DNA of 63,761 nt, the filler included, from Octopus bimaculoides (taxonomy: Eukaryota): NCBI RefSeq assembly GCF_001194135.2. It is 4 parts of 4 records of this genome, joined end to end, with 100 filler letters (N's around TTAATTAATTAA, not from the genome) between each part and the next. Parts side by side here need not be neighbours in the genome. Positions count along the whole stretch, not along the records: positions 1 to 28,439 come from NC_068982.1; 3 more parts are not named here. The stretch is one strand, 5' to 3'. The position numbers were made by a program, and so were the translations under genes. The notes beneath the pieces were generated by a model. The model did no database searches. It worked only from the letters and a program-made list of their open reading frames with translations, and had not been told where the DNA came from. Positions 1 through 12,959 of the stretch are shown piece after piece (position 1 is the stretch's first letter; the number at the start of each line of letters is the position of its first letter).

Positions 1-254
1 TTCTATTTTCCTTGCTGGAAGGGTTCCTAACCCATGGGAAAAGAGGGGTTAGATGATGGCGGTGGTGTTTTCAAAGGGATGGCATGTGTAACCTGATCAC
101 CTCTGCCGATCAAACTCTCAACCTATGCGCTCCAGTTGCAACACTGATTCTTCCCAAATTTGACGTCATTTTACTTAGTTTGGTTTGAAATAAAGAACTT
201 GATTAGCTTAATAATCCCAACTTAATCCCGGGCAAAGCTGGGCTATACTGCTAG
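1..254 (+). mobile_element. Helitron 3' end (non-autonomous fragment)
   Basis: Hairpin CCCGGGCAAAGCTGGG (227-242), 8-nt spacer, CTAG (251-254) followed by T: canonical Helitron 3' terminus. 5' end lies outside the window or is unrecognisable. Confidence 0.65.
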
Positions 255-265
255 TTATTACTATT

Positions 266-480
266 AAAGCGGCAATATAGCAGAACCGTTAACACTCTAA
301 ACAAAGCGCTTAGCGGCATTTCGTCCGTCTTCACACTCTGTGTTCAAATTCCACTGTGGTCGACTTTCATGTTTCGGCGTTGATAAAATAAATATCAGTT
401 GAGTAATGGGGTCGATATAGTCGTCTAGGTGCTTCCTTCAAAATTGCTGGCCTTGTGCCAAAATTTGAAACCATTATTAT
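266..480 (+). mobile_element. tRNA-derived SINE, family A (Meta-core-like)
   Basis: GCGGC...GCAGAA head, GTTCAAAT B-box-like motif, GTCGACTTT...CATCCTTTCGGGGTCGATAAA-type core, CCTTGTGCCAAAATTTGAAAC end with (ATT)n tail; many paralogues in window. Confidence 0.85.
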
Positions 481-507
481 AATTATTATTATCGTTATTG
501 TTGTTAT

Positions 508-615
508 CCTTTCGGCGTCGAAAAAATAAGTGTCAGCTGAGCACTGGGGTTAATGTAATCGACTAACCCCTTCCCCCTACAATTTCTGGCCTTGTGTCAA
601 AATTTGAAACTATAT
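508..615 (+). mobile_element. SINE family A, 3' half
   Basis: Matches the core and 3' end of the 266-480 copy. Confidence 0.75.
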
Positions 616-1129
616 TATTGAGCCTGAGAATATATAGTAATGCCAATTTAGTTGAATTTCTCTCTTTAGAAATTTTCAACCTCGTGTTTTAGAGTGGGAG
701 CGCCGTTGGGTAAGAAATCGGAAAGTCAACAGCTCAACACATTTTCAATTTCCACTTGACCATGTCTGACTTCACTTTTACCACTAATACACATAAGAAA
801 TGTATTGGAAGTTATAGTCTCCAGTTTTACTCTTCCTTGAAGTAGAAAACTTCGGTTCAAAATGGTTGATATACAACAACTAGATCCACTAGTCAACTCA
901 TATCAGGAATGAGTGCAAAGTCAATTCATTTTGTTAATACATAACTGTCTCAATGTTACGTTGCAAACCCACTCTTTTTTAACGATAATTTTGATATCGT
1001 GTTTACTGTCAATAGATTAAATGGATAATTATTACAAATTAACACAATACAAGCAATATTGACACAAGGTAACTGATTATTGGGAGGTGGGGGAAGTCGA
1101 TAAAATAGTACTGTTTTATATTTGAACTA

Positions 1130-1350
1130 AAGGCGGCGAACTGACAGAATCGTTTGCACGCCAAACAAAATGCTTAGCGACATTCCATCTTTACGATCTG
1201 AGTTCAAATTCATCCGAGGTCGGCTTTGCCTTTCATCCTTACGGGGTCGATAAAACAAGCACCACTTGAGTGATGGGGTCGATTTAATTGACTTACCCCT
1301 CCCTAAAAAGCTGCTGGCCTCGGACCAAAAGTTTGAAACCGGTTATTATA
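1130..1350 (+). mobile_element. SINE family A
   Basis: AGGCGGCGAACTGACAGAATCG head to TTTGAAACC tail; full length. Confidence 0.85.
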
Positions 1351-1387
1351 TTTGAAATTATTTTTTTCGATGTTCTTGAAAATCTGA

Positions 1388-1480
1388 AAGATAAAGCCAA
1401 CCAAGAAGAAATTTGAACTCAGAAGACAAGGAACCGTGATTAAATGTGGAAAAGCATTCTGTGTAACGCTATAACGATGC
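1388..1480 (-). mobile_element. SINE family A, degraded 5' part
   Basis: Reverse-complement of the TCTGAGTTCAAAT B-box region. Confidence 0.55.
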
Positions 1481-3274
1481 TTTTCTATGTATCATATTTA
1501 GATTGTAAGGAATATTGATTTTTAAAAAATATTATTGAGAAAATCGTCTCCTATACCTGATTTATACTTATTTAATCAATCTCTAAACTACAGAAGGCAA
1601 AAGTGAGTTTGGCAAGATTTGAACTCAGAAAACAATGAGCTGCAAACTAAAATAACCACTAACCATTTTATGTGGTATTCAAAAGTTTCTGTTACACAGA
1701 ACCTTTAAATGCGTGATTACTATTAAAGGCAGAATGAATAAACATAAAAATTGAACAACTCTTTAATATCTCACCCATCAGAGCACTACAACGGAATTTA
1801 GTTGTTTGCTATTACATCACTTAGAAACTTCTAGACTGAAAATAGAATCCAATACAATAAACAACAGAGGACAGCTGTACAAGGCATTCCTTTTATGTTA
1901 CTTGTCTCAAATAACTAGTATTGTCACGGCAAGATATATTGTTTATCAAATTTCTGCTGTTGGCGTCATACATCGATGTAGTGATGTACTTGGACGTAAA
2001 GGAAAAAGTATCAATAGGAAGTTAATAAGGATGATGATAATAATAATGATGGTAATAACGTTGATGTAAAGAATATGAATAATACAATAACACAACGGAG
2101 TCTACATACAAAGTTTCACAAGGCGGAGGAGGCGGCCAAATCTATATATAAGCAGATACTATTATTAAGTATTCAAATTCAGCATACACACGTACGTACA
2201 CACACGCACGCACACACACATTCACACACATACACACACGGTCATTCTAGTTCATATTATGTATGTATATATGTGTATATGTGTGTGCACGCACGCGTAT
2301 ATACATATGCATTCATGTGTGCATATATATATTATGCACATATACGATGTCTACATGTATATACTATGCATATACGTGTGTGCATGTATGTCAACGGATC
2401 TCCGTCGATTCCAACGATGAAGTTTCGAAACGTTCATTGAAGAGGAAAGATTAGTCCTGGAATTAGCGTGCAGGTGACTGAGCATTTCATAGACATTGGA
2501 TCCTCTTAATGCAATTCTTAGAGTTCGACAAGGCTGGCTTTTTGAATTGCAGGTTCAATCCATCCGACAAGCTTCCAAACATTTTCTGTCTTCATAATTT
2601 CACTTACGAGTTTTGGATGGATCGATCTGAAGCTAATCATAAAACTATAAGCAAAAAGAGCTGCGGACTGCGAAAGAAGGCGACACCATATGATAGACAA
2701 GTCACATCCTTAAACATTTGGCAATGGTGATATATATATATATATATATANNNNNNNNNNNNNNNNNNNNNNNNNNNNNNNNNNNNNNNNNNNNNNNNNN
2801 NNNNNNNNNNNNNNNNNNNNNNNNNNNNNNNNNNNNNNNNNNNNNNNNNNNNNNNNNNNNNNNNNNNNNNNNNNNNNNNNNNNNNNNNNNNNNNNNNNNN
2901 NNNNNNNNNNNNNNNNNNNNNNNNNNNNNNNNNNNNNNNNNNNNNNNNNNNNNNNNNNNNNNNNNNNNNNNNTATATATTTATACGTATGTATGTATGTA
3001 TGTATGTATGTATGTATGTATGACAGAACGTATGCGTAGCACAACCCCTCACAAATTCGGAGTTGGAATCCGGTGTGCTGGAACACCGCTGGGATTGAGG
3101 TATCCCTTAGCTTTTGTTAAAGTATGTCTCTAGCAAGCCACTCTGATATAAAACCAGATATATAGGGAATGGCATTGAATATTTTAGGGATCTTTTGCTT
3201 GCCATTGAGATCAATATTTTCAACAATAATAACTTTCACGTTCTTCAACACAACGAAAATAACTCAAAAACGCC

Positions 3275-3531
3275 AGGACGGACTAAAATACAAGATGATT
3301 TTTTATTTCCCACTTGGGGCCAACATAGAGGGGACAACACAATCTGATTTTAGGCGTCAGATGAAGCATTATGATATAACATTGAGATGCAATTAAAAAA
3401 TTAATACAAGACATATAAACGTATGATAAACAAACAAAAGACAAAACGAATGGAGTGGTGATTTGGGTTCAGCTCCGACCCCACGAGCCCCAATCTACCA
3501 CTGATATCGGCAATGTGCTTCTGACATGTTT
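3275..3531 (-). mobile_element. Copy of the Tx1-like LINE 3'UTR
   Basis: Reverse complement aligns by eye with 6619-6866 along its whole length with scattered mismatches; includes AATAAA near its 3' end. Confidence 0.85.
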
Positions 3532-3534
3532 TTT

Positions 3535-4622
3535 TCTCAAGCAATTCCATCCTGGGAGCTGCAGTTAAAGTTTCATTTAAGGATTTAGTAGTGGTACTCC
3601 TATCCACTATATCAATACTATAGTTTGTTTCACTAGAAACTGGCCCTATAGGATCTTTATTCAAACTATTACTAATATTATTACTAAGTTTATATCTATT
3701 ATTTGTGGCTATAATTGAGCCTAGATTTGGAGCTGTATTGGGGTTAATAAATGAATTCTTATGTTCCCTTGGGGAAAAGTTTTTCTCAACACTCTTATAA
3801 AATAATTTAGGGAGGTTCCTAATTTGGAAGGAAAAAGCTGGATTGAACCAAATTATATCCCGTCTCCTAGATTCCTTATTATCATTTTTATTAGTAGTAA
3901 CAGTCTGCCTATAATTCGTATTTCTAAAGCCATATGGTTTATGCACAAATTGCTTATTTGTGTAATTTATCAGGTTGTTTATTACTGACTTACTCTCATT
4001 TAAGTTATTTAAAAACAAATGTATTAGATATATAATAAATTTCCGGGTTAAATCTACTATTTCTGAATACTTGCTTATATAGGAGGACATGATTATTAAA
4101 TATATCTTCAATACCAGACAAATTTGATATTCTAATGGATACTCCAGTTATGATAGCGTTTATGACACTACGGGAATGATTTGATTTATAATCTATATAT
4201 TGTATTACTTTATTCAGCTTATGGTATAGGGAATACTGGTCATTGTTTAATTTGAGGGTAACTTCCAGGAAATTAGCTATTTTGGTAGTATTATCGGCGA
4301 TTATATTTACATTATATTTCTTAAAAAATTTTGATAAAGCTTTTCTAGTTTTATCTCTATTTCGTAGTGATGGATTAGGGATCACAAATAAGCCATCATC
4401 TCTATAATAGTGGGAAAACTACATTTTAATTTCAGAAAGTAGAAAGTGGCCCACCAAATCAGTAATCTGGGCTGAATCCGCTGACTCCATAGTTATATCA
4501 AAGTTATTCTGAGTATCATTTTGAGTCCACCCCTTATTAAATGCGATTAGGATTTTCTTAGCATTTAAAATTATATCCTTTTCAAAAGGGGATATTTCTT
4601 GAAATTTTTCTTTCAATTTATA
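3535..4622 (-). mobile_element. Penelope-like element RT fragment (Neptune/Nematis-like, clade uncertain), frameshifted
   Basis: Translated pieces NFDITMESADSAQITDLVGHFLLSE, YRDDGL (4395-4406), ANFLEVTL, YKSNHSRS, RRRDIIWFNPAFS, APNLGSII match PLE RT palm/thumb motifs; no GIY-YIG domain follows. Confidence 0.85.
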
Positions 4623-4627
4623 GCCGC

Positions 4628-6860
4628 GAATACTAGACTGTGGCGTAGGTAAAGCACCGGGACTGGATGGTCTACCCTATGACTTATATAAGAATATGCC
4701 AGACTTGTTCGGGCACCTGTTGGCCAGTGTGTACACGAACTGGCAACAGAATGGTTTCATTCCCAAATCTGTGTGCCGGAGCGTGGCGACACTGATCAGA
4801 AAGGACCTAGACAAGGGGGATTGTATAGATAATTTCCGGCCCTTCACTTTGCTAAACACAGAGTTGAAAATTTTGGCCAAGATGCTAGCAAAAAGGTTGG
4901 CACGTGTTACGGATGGTCTGCTCGGGGAGGCACAGACATGTGTCATTCTCAACAGAAGAATTCAGGACAATCTCCACCTTCTACGCTACACCTTAGAGGG
5001 GTTTGGGAGTAAATCTGGCCAGGATGGGGAATTGGTCCATTTAGACCAAGCTAAAGCATTTGATAGGGTTGACCATCATTACTTGGTGTCTGTTCTTGCG
5101 CAGTTCGGTCTGGGTCTTGGCTTCCTTAGGGGGATAAATCAATTGTATGACAACATCGACTCGATCGTTCGGGCGAAGGCTTTCTGTCAAAACCGTTCTG
5201 CATCAAGCGCTCGGTTCACCAAGAGTGTCCACTCTCACCGCTTCTGTTCGTGATGGCTCTTGAGCCGTTACTGCGGAAGTTGAGTGGCATCCCGAGAGAG
5301 CCAGGCAGTGGAGAGTCAGTTTCGGCGTATGCGGATGACATCAACATAATCGTGACCAAAATGGAGCACCTACAGAGGGTAGAAGCCATTGAGGTTTACG
5401 AGACGGTGGCAGGAGCAAAGATTAATCGGGAAAAATCAGTGGGCTTGCAGATCTGCACCTGGAGGGGCAGGTCGATACATTCAGAGAGCATCGTAGGTCG
5501 TTGGACGGAGAGCCCGGTTAAGTTGTTAGGGGTCTGGTTTGGTCCGGTTCTCCAGGTAGAGAAGAACTGGGCTGAAGTTTCGTTCAGGATTGGCCACATA
5601 ACCACGACCTGGTCTTGGCGGAGGCTTTCCCTGAAAGGGAGAGCAGAGGTGACCAATGTGTTCATCGCATCGGTCATCATTGACCTACTAACCGTCGTCC
5701 GTTGCTCGGATTCGTGGTTGATCAAGTTGGAAAGTCAGCTCATTCACTTTTTGTGGAAGGGCTCGAAACCACTTGTAAACACTCTCTCTGCTGTCAAAAG
5801 CTGTTAAAGGGAGGACTAGGGATGCCTTGGCTGTTGATGCGCAAACATGCACTGAGGTTGAGGCATATTTGGCTCCTTCTGGATGGTGAACAGATGTTTC
5901 CCACGTTCACTAGTTTCGGTGGACGGGAAGCCTGGTGCTATTGAAGATATAAGTTGGGTGAATGGCATACGGAATGGCATACAATGCCCGTGGTGGTGGT
6001 GGTTCAACCACAGTTTTCTATAGAAGTTTGGTAGAGGTTGGATGTGCCGATACCCTGGGGGCGACCCTCGGTCTCACATATACTCAACTCGATAGTCTAT
6101 TCCAACGTACATTTGGGCTCAAGACTCTGGATAATTTCCAAAAGTCCTGGCAATGTTACCGAGGAGCCTTGCCCGTTCGAGATAAGCTCGCAAGACAGTC
6201 AATGCGATACACAAATCTGTTCAAGATGCGAGCGGGATAGGAAAACCGTCTCACACGAGATTGTTCAGTGCTCGGAGGTGTCGAAGATGTGGGCTTATGC
6301 GGAACATCTGTTGTCTGGTGCAGGAAGAGTACAGCTATCGTCTGAGTCAATTTTAAAAATTGATCCACCTGATTTCCTGTCGAATGAAGGTAAAAATTGT
6401 TTTCTCATAGTAGTAGCAATCGCGAAAGAGGCGATATGGAAGACGAGAATGAAAGGAATAACGATAGGCAGCTTCATCTCTGACCTAAGTCTTCAGAAAT
6501 ACTTCGCGTTTTGTTTGAAAAGGAAAGTGTAGCTGGAGAGGAAATGCCCGTCGGAGAAACTGCTCAATGATAGATGGAAGTATGTGGTACGCGTGTTGCG
6601 AGTGGACTTAACCTTGTGAACATGTCAGGAGTACATTGCAATATCAGTGATGGATTGAGGCTCGTGGGGTCGGAGCTGAACCCAAATTACCACTCTATTC
6701 GTTTTGTCTTTTGTTTGTTTGTTACACGTTTTTATGTCTTGTATTAAATTTTTAATTGCATCTCAATGTTATGTCAATGTCTCCTCTGACCCCTAAAATC
6801 AGATTGTTTTGTTCCTTCTATGTTGGCCCCTAGTGGGAAATAAAAATCATCTTAAATTTT
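4628..6860 (+). mobile_element. 5'-truncated Tx1/L1-clade non-LTR retrotransposon (ORF2 RT and C-terminus, frameshifted) with 3'UTR
   Basis: KAPGLDGLP, NFRPFTLLNTELKILAK, LDQAKAFDRVDH, ALEPLLRKL, AYADDI, GAKINREKS, LSLKGRAEV, CSRC zinc-knuckle-like piece; ORF2 ends near 6619. Confidence 0.92.
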
Positions 6861-8031
6861 GGTCCATCTGTTTTTCTTTTGTCATTTATATTTATATTTT
6901 TATTCTTATTCATCCATTCGATGCTCAATTTCACCTTGTAGTGCCTTACTGGATTTTACCACGAGAAAGGAACCCCGAGGAAGGAACCCCGAGGAAGGAA
7001 ATGTTTTCATACAGGGAGTTGAATGTGGATTATTTCCTACAGCCCTTTAAAACTTTTCTGAGACGGCCGTAGGTTTGGACTGAACCTTTCAATCGCCTCC
7101 TTTAATCTATTCTAACTATATTTTCTACTTTCATGTTACTCCTTATATTTTTTATGTTTAAATTCTCATATTTCTGTATTTTTATCATCTATGTATAAAT
7201 ATGTGGTTATTTGAATGAAATAATATCTCATGTCGTACATCTGAATTATGAATTTGCTTGTCTGAATGTTTAAGACAAATACTGAAATTTTTATCATATA
7301 GCAAATCATATATATATATATATATATATANNNNNNNNNNNNNNNNNNNNNNNNNNNNNNNNNNNNNNNNNNNNNNNNNNNNNNNNNNNNNNNNNNNNNN
7401 NNNNNNNNNNNNNNNNNNNNNNNNNNNNNNNNNNNNNNNNNNNNNNNNNTATATAGATATATATACGTATATTTATGTATCTATCTATTTGTATGGTTAG
7501 TTTGTTGGTTACGACAAGATTTGGGAAGCTACTTATTTCCCAAGCGAGTCGATGATGAAATAAATCTAGTTTTGGTAAGGCGGGTTAAATCTGAATCAGT
7601 GCAGTAATTGTATAATTTAACCAGAAGCAAAAGCAAAAAGGAGGAATAAACAATGAAAGAAATAGCAAAGGAAAAAAGTACAAAGCTAATGTTATTACTC
7701 TGTGAATAGCAGGAAAGTAATAGAAATGGACGTTTTGGAAAGATATCCTTTGCCGAGATGGAAGGAAGAAGAAGAAAAAGAAAACAAAATGAAATTCAGA
7801 GATGAGGTTGGCTGGAATAGCATACAGTTAGTGTATTTGGATGATCCAGCTGAGAAGAACTAATGCATGCAAAGGGAAATAAGAGTATACTGAAATGTGT
7901 GTATGTTTATATGTGTATGCGAAGCACGAGTGGGTGTGCGTTTGCGTGCGTAAGTGTGTGTGTGTGTATCTGTGTGTGTGAGAGAGAGGGACAGAGAGAA
8001 AGAGGGAGAGGAAGAGAGAGAAAGAGGGAGA

Positions 8032-8083
<52 letters not shown>

Positions 8084-8139
8084 AGGAGAGTGAGTGCAAG
8101 GTTGCTTGCGTTTATTAGTGTGCGTCTGTGTGTGTAATG

Positions 8140-9060
8140 GTGGGGATGGCTTCTAAAGAGAACAAATTGATTACGGAACTGAAGATTCACTGGCGTTACC
8201 GAGGAAATCGAAAAACAAGAATAACATTGGATTTTAAAACTATACAAACAGCGATGAGAGATTTTTGATATATTTTGAAATGATCCAAGAAGATGGGATA
8301 GGTCCAGGTAAGGTGGTGTTGTTCTGGACCATATGACAAATATTCTAGCGGGAGCGCGATTGGAAAGACCCAGGATTTTGTCTGCTAAGTGATGAAAAAC
8401 TGTGGATCAGAACGTCACTAAGATTGGGACTGAGCTTGAAGGAAAGAAGAAGGTGCCCTGGGAAAATGTCAGAAATATCAAGGTTAGACTGGAGAAACTA
8501 TGGAAACGAGTATATCTAGGAAGCTGACAGAGATGGTGGAGATATGAACGGGAATTGTTAGGCAGGGTCGAAGGAGTTAACGATGGCAATGAAGAAGGTG
8601 CGCTTTTCGAAGACATGGCAACAATGAAGCAACTGTATATTTCGGAGGTATAGTCTGATGAAAAAGGTGAAATTATAGGTCTCGAAGGGCTAAAAACAGC
8701 TACTTGCAATTGGGACCTGTGATAGTGCCCATGCCCACCCCGTTTCTATTTGTGTAGGTACCCCAAAAGGAAGAAACATATGAAGGTGAGGATAAGTTTT
8801 GCGAAAGATAGTAGAGTAGGATGCAAGATTTGAACGTACAATTGCCTTCAAGCTAAAATTTAAGGGCTAAGATTCCGGCGTCATCTGTGTGACAGTACAC
8901 AGAAAATTGTTCTCCAAGATGAAGAGTAGATTGAAGGATGAAAGGGAAGGGGAAGGACTTAAAGAGCTAGAAGGGTAGTTCGATATTTAATGGGGAAACT
9001 GTGAATAACTGTTTATAGATAAAAGTAGTTACCAAAAGATTATTGCTATTCTCAAGAGGA
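8140..9060 (+). mobile_element. Possible highly degraded RTE-like LINE remnant
   Basis: Purine-rich, stop-riddled; FSKMKSRL resembles the RTE LRVKGRL segment seen at 46.8 kb. Weak similarity only. Confidence 0.3.
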
Positions 9061-9124
9061 TGGACTGCATTAAATTCAAATGGGATTTCAAATATACCAT
9101 TGGTATATAATATTTTATGAAGTA

Positions 9125-9164
9125 CCTACCTACCTACCTACCTGCCTCTCTATCTATCTATCTG

Positions 9165-9227
<63 letters not shown>

Positions 9228-9298
9228 GTCTGTCTGTCTGTCTGTCTGTCTATTTATCTATCTATCTGTTTGTCTGTCTATCTATCTATCTATCTATG

Positions 9299-9340
<42 letters not shown>
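9125..9340. repeat. (TATC)n/(TGTC)n microsatellite running into a gap
   Basis: Direct reading. Confidence 0.95.
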
Positions 9341-10377
9341 NNNNNNNNNNNNNNNNNNNNNNNNNNNNNNNNNNNNNNNNNNNNNNNNNNNNNNNNNNNN
9401 NNNNNNNNNNNNNNNNNNNNNNNNNNNNNNNNNNNNNNNNNNNNNNNNNNNNNNNNNNNNNNNNNNNNNNNNNNNNNNNNNNNNNNNNNNNNNNNNNNNN
9501 NNNNNNNNNNNNNNNNNNNNNNNNNNNNNNNNNNNNNNNNNNNNNNNNNNNNNNNNNNNNNNNNNNNNNNNNNNNNNNNNNNNNNNNNNNNNNNNNNNNN
9601 NNNNNNNNNNNNNNNNNNNNNNNNNNNNNNNNNNNNNNNNNNNNNNNNNNNNNNNNNNNNNNNNNNNNNNNNNNNNNNNNNNNNNNNNNNNNNNNNNNNN
9701 NNNNNNNNNNNNNNNNNNNNNNNNNNNNNNNNNNNNNNNNNNNNNNNNNNNNNNNNNNNNNNNNNNNNNNNNNNNNNNNNNNNNNNNNNNNNNNNNNNNN
9801 NNNNNNNNNNNNNNNNNNNNNNNNNNNNNNNNNNNNNNNNNNNNNNNNNNNNNNNNNNNNNNNNNNNNNNNNNNNNNNNNNNNNNNNTATATATATGTGT
9901 GTATATGCATATATGGATACATTGTGTATGCATGTATGTATATAGGTATGTTTTATGTTTGTATGTGCGAGTGTGGGTGTATATATTCATAAAACTTGCA
10001 TCGCAAATGGATCGAAATATGAAACACAGAATCACACATTTTACTCCCATTAAATTTCTAACATATCTTCGTACTTTAAACTTTCAAAACTTGTTACAGA
10101 AAGGAAACTTATTTACGTATCATGTTATATTTTTATTGAGTTTTTCCCTTTTCGAATTCACGATACAGAAAACAACAAGTTCAACAAGAATGCCAAGCAT
10201 AGCAACAATATCAAAAACAAAAAACAAAACAAAAACAAAACAAAAAACAAAACAAAGAAGAAACGAAAGTATATAATGCAAAACATGTAAAACAGCAACA
10301 ATAGTAATAGCGATATTAATATTAAATAATAATAAATACGATAACGACATAATAATAATTATTATTATAGCACCACC

Positions 10378-10379
<2 letters not shown>

Positions 10380-10452
<73 letters not shown>
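10380..10452. repeat. (AAT)n microsatellite
   Basis: Direct reading. Confidence 0.95.
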
Positions 10453-10454
<2 letters not shown>

Positions 10455-11084
10455 TACAAAGAAACAGTGTAGCAAATATGGTTGCTATCAATTTTGAAAC
10501 GAGCGACAGCCACAGAGAATAATAATTTTGAAATGTTTTACATCTTAAAGTGAATGGCAGACGAATTCGGAAAATCTGAATAATAAATAATGATAAAAAT
10601 GTTTTGCATAGAATTCTCAGAGTTGTTGAGAAGAATTGGAAGAGAAGGAGAGAGAAATGGAAGGGAACGTAAACAATGAAGCAAAATCGAACACAAACAA
10701 ACAAACAAAAATATCACCCCGCTTCTCTACCCATGAAAAAAATATGGAAGAAATATATAAAAAAAAAAGACAAGCAAAATTAAACAAGATCTGCACTGAT
10801 CGTTTATGGAGGAACAAGTGTTTAGAAAATCGTTGGTTGATTAGGCAACTAAATCATTTGATATGCAAGAACATCGGTATTAGCCGCAACAAGTAATCTA
10901 AAATATGTGGTGTTACACACACATACACACAGAGATGGATATGCGAGTGTGTGTGCGTGTGTGTATATATGTATATATATATATATATATATGCACGTAT
11001 GTATATATATGTATATATGCATGTATATATGTATATATATCTGTATGTATGTATGCATATATATGTGTGTGTGTGCATGTAATG

Positions 11085-11137
<53 letters not shown>

Positions 11138-11344
11138 TATATACACATGCACATCTTTGTAAATATACATTAAAGGAGATATAAATATGTAATTGAGTGC
11201 GTGTGTGTGTATATATGTGTGTGTGAGTTTGTGTGCGCGTGTGTGTATGCGTGTGCATCTGCGTGTATTTGCTTATATAAATTAAATGTACTACCAAAGA
11301 GGTATGTACATGTTTGATAAACAGATCTTCATGTACATGTGCCT

Positions 11345-11402
<58 letters not shown>

Positions 11403-11656
11403 GTCTGTCTAACATTTAGATGCATACATAAACAATAAATGCATCTATATGTATATCTGCACGTATGCTTATATATGTGTGTGTGTGTGTGTGCGCGTAT
11501 ATGTATGTAAGTGTGTATATGTGTGTGTTCATGTGTATCTATATATACATGCATTTAAACAATCGTAAATGAAAAAACATAAACATACATGTATGCACAC
11601 ATGCCTATATATGTTTATGAAATATGCATATTACAGACCTGCATAACAATACCTCC

Positions 11657-11699
<43 letters not shown>

Positions 11700-11710
11700 N
11701 NNNNNNNNNA

Positions 11711-11746
<36 letters not shown>

Positions 11747-12011
11747 CATTTACATATATTTTTTGTAAATAAGAATGCATACATATACATATACTTGTGG
11801 ATGTACGCACGCGTGTGTATGTGTGTAGGTGTGTTTGTGTGTATTAGTGTATATATATAGGTATAAGGAGTTCTTACATATATCCACATATACTTCTAAA
11901 ACTTTACAAGAGCTCATACAGAGCCATTCTCATACAAACTATACCGAAAATAATCGGGTTTTGACATCACGTGCTTATTATGACGTATACCTCTAAGTAC
12001 GTATGAGTTGA

Positions 12012-12049
<38 letters not shown>

Positions 12050-12196
12050 AATGCCCGTGTGTAAGTGTTTGTTCGTTTTTTTTTTCTGGTATGTGTGATA
12101 ATGCTGGTATCTTGGAAGATTATTTTCTTTCTTCTTGGAATCCACAAAATCTGTCTTTCAGATCTTTTAAAAAATTTCTTTTATTATTCAAGAACA

Positions 12197-12197
<1 letters not shown>

Positions 12198-12267
<70 letters not shown>

Positions 12268-12298
12268 TATTATTATTATTATTACTATTATTATTATC

Positions 12299-12378
<80 letters not shown>
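12198..12378. repeat. (ATT)n microsatellite
   Basis: Direct reading. Confidence 0.95.
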
Positions 12379-12379
<1 letters not shown>

Positions 12380-12959
12380 GTTGTTGTTATTATTCCTTTC
12401 ATTGTTATTGTTGTTATTTAGATGATTGTTGTTACTAGTTTATTATTATTTTTTTTCTTTTCCACTTTTAGTAAGAGGGTAGTTTTAGGTAGGGTAATTG
12501 TGAGTTTAGAAATTTCAGAAAATTGGAGCTACGGTTGAATAAATGACACTGTGGAAAGCGAACAAAAGTTCGGTAACAATGGCCCAGAATGGCAAGTGAA
12601 TGCATATCCGACATCAAAATCAAAAACGATTCTCTGTAACCATAGGAGTTAGATTTAGAGAAGAATAGGACAAATAGCCATGAATAAAAGTGAAAAGCAA
12701 CATGATTGACTTGAATAACAACTCTATAAACTTGTCGGTGTGTTTCTAGAACAACAGAAGCCGTGCTTCAATGAAAAGACTGATGTGCAATGCCTGAATA
12801 GAAATATAGATATTAGCTATGTTAAATCCACCGTTCAACAGACTCTTCTTTTTTCTTCCTGCCACTTTTCCTTTCTCCTGTAACTCTCCCTCCTCTCTCT
12901 TTCTCTCTCTATCTTCACCTATCTCTCTCCACCTATCCAGTAAAAGCTGTACAGAAAGA

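Noticed and set aside
2414-2440. Hammerhead-like ACGATGAAGTTTCGAAACGTT
   Set aside because: Core lacks CU and stem I does not pair in register.
2440-2730. Possible mariner transposase remnant
   Set aside because: Only a vague W...SEAN resemblance; no DD34D motifs or TIRs found.
6966-6999. 14-bp tandem repeat AAGGAACCCCGAGG
   Set aside because: Only about 2.4 copies; a simple slippage duplication.
7037-7070. Hammerhead-like CTGAGACGGCC...GGACTGAACC
   Set aside because: Neither CUGANGA nor GAAA is intact; at best a dead remnant.
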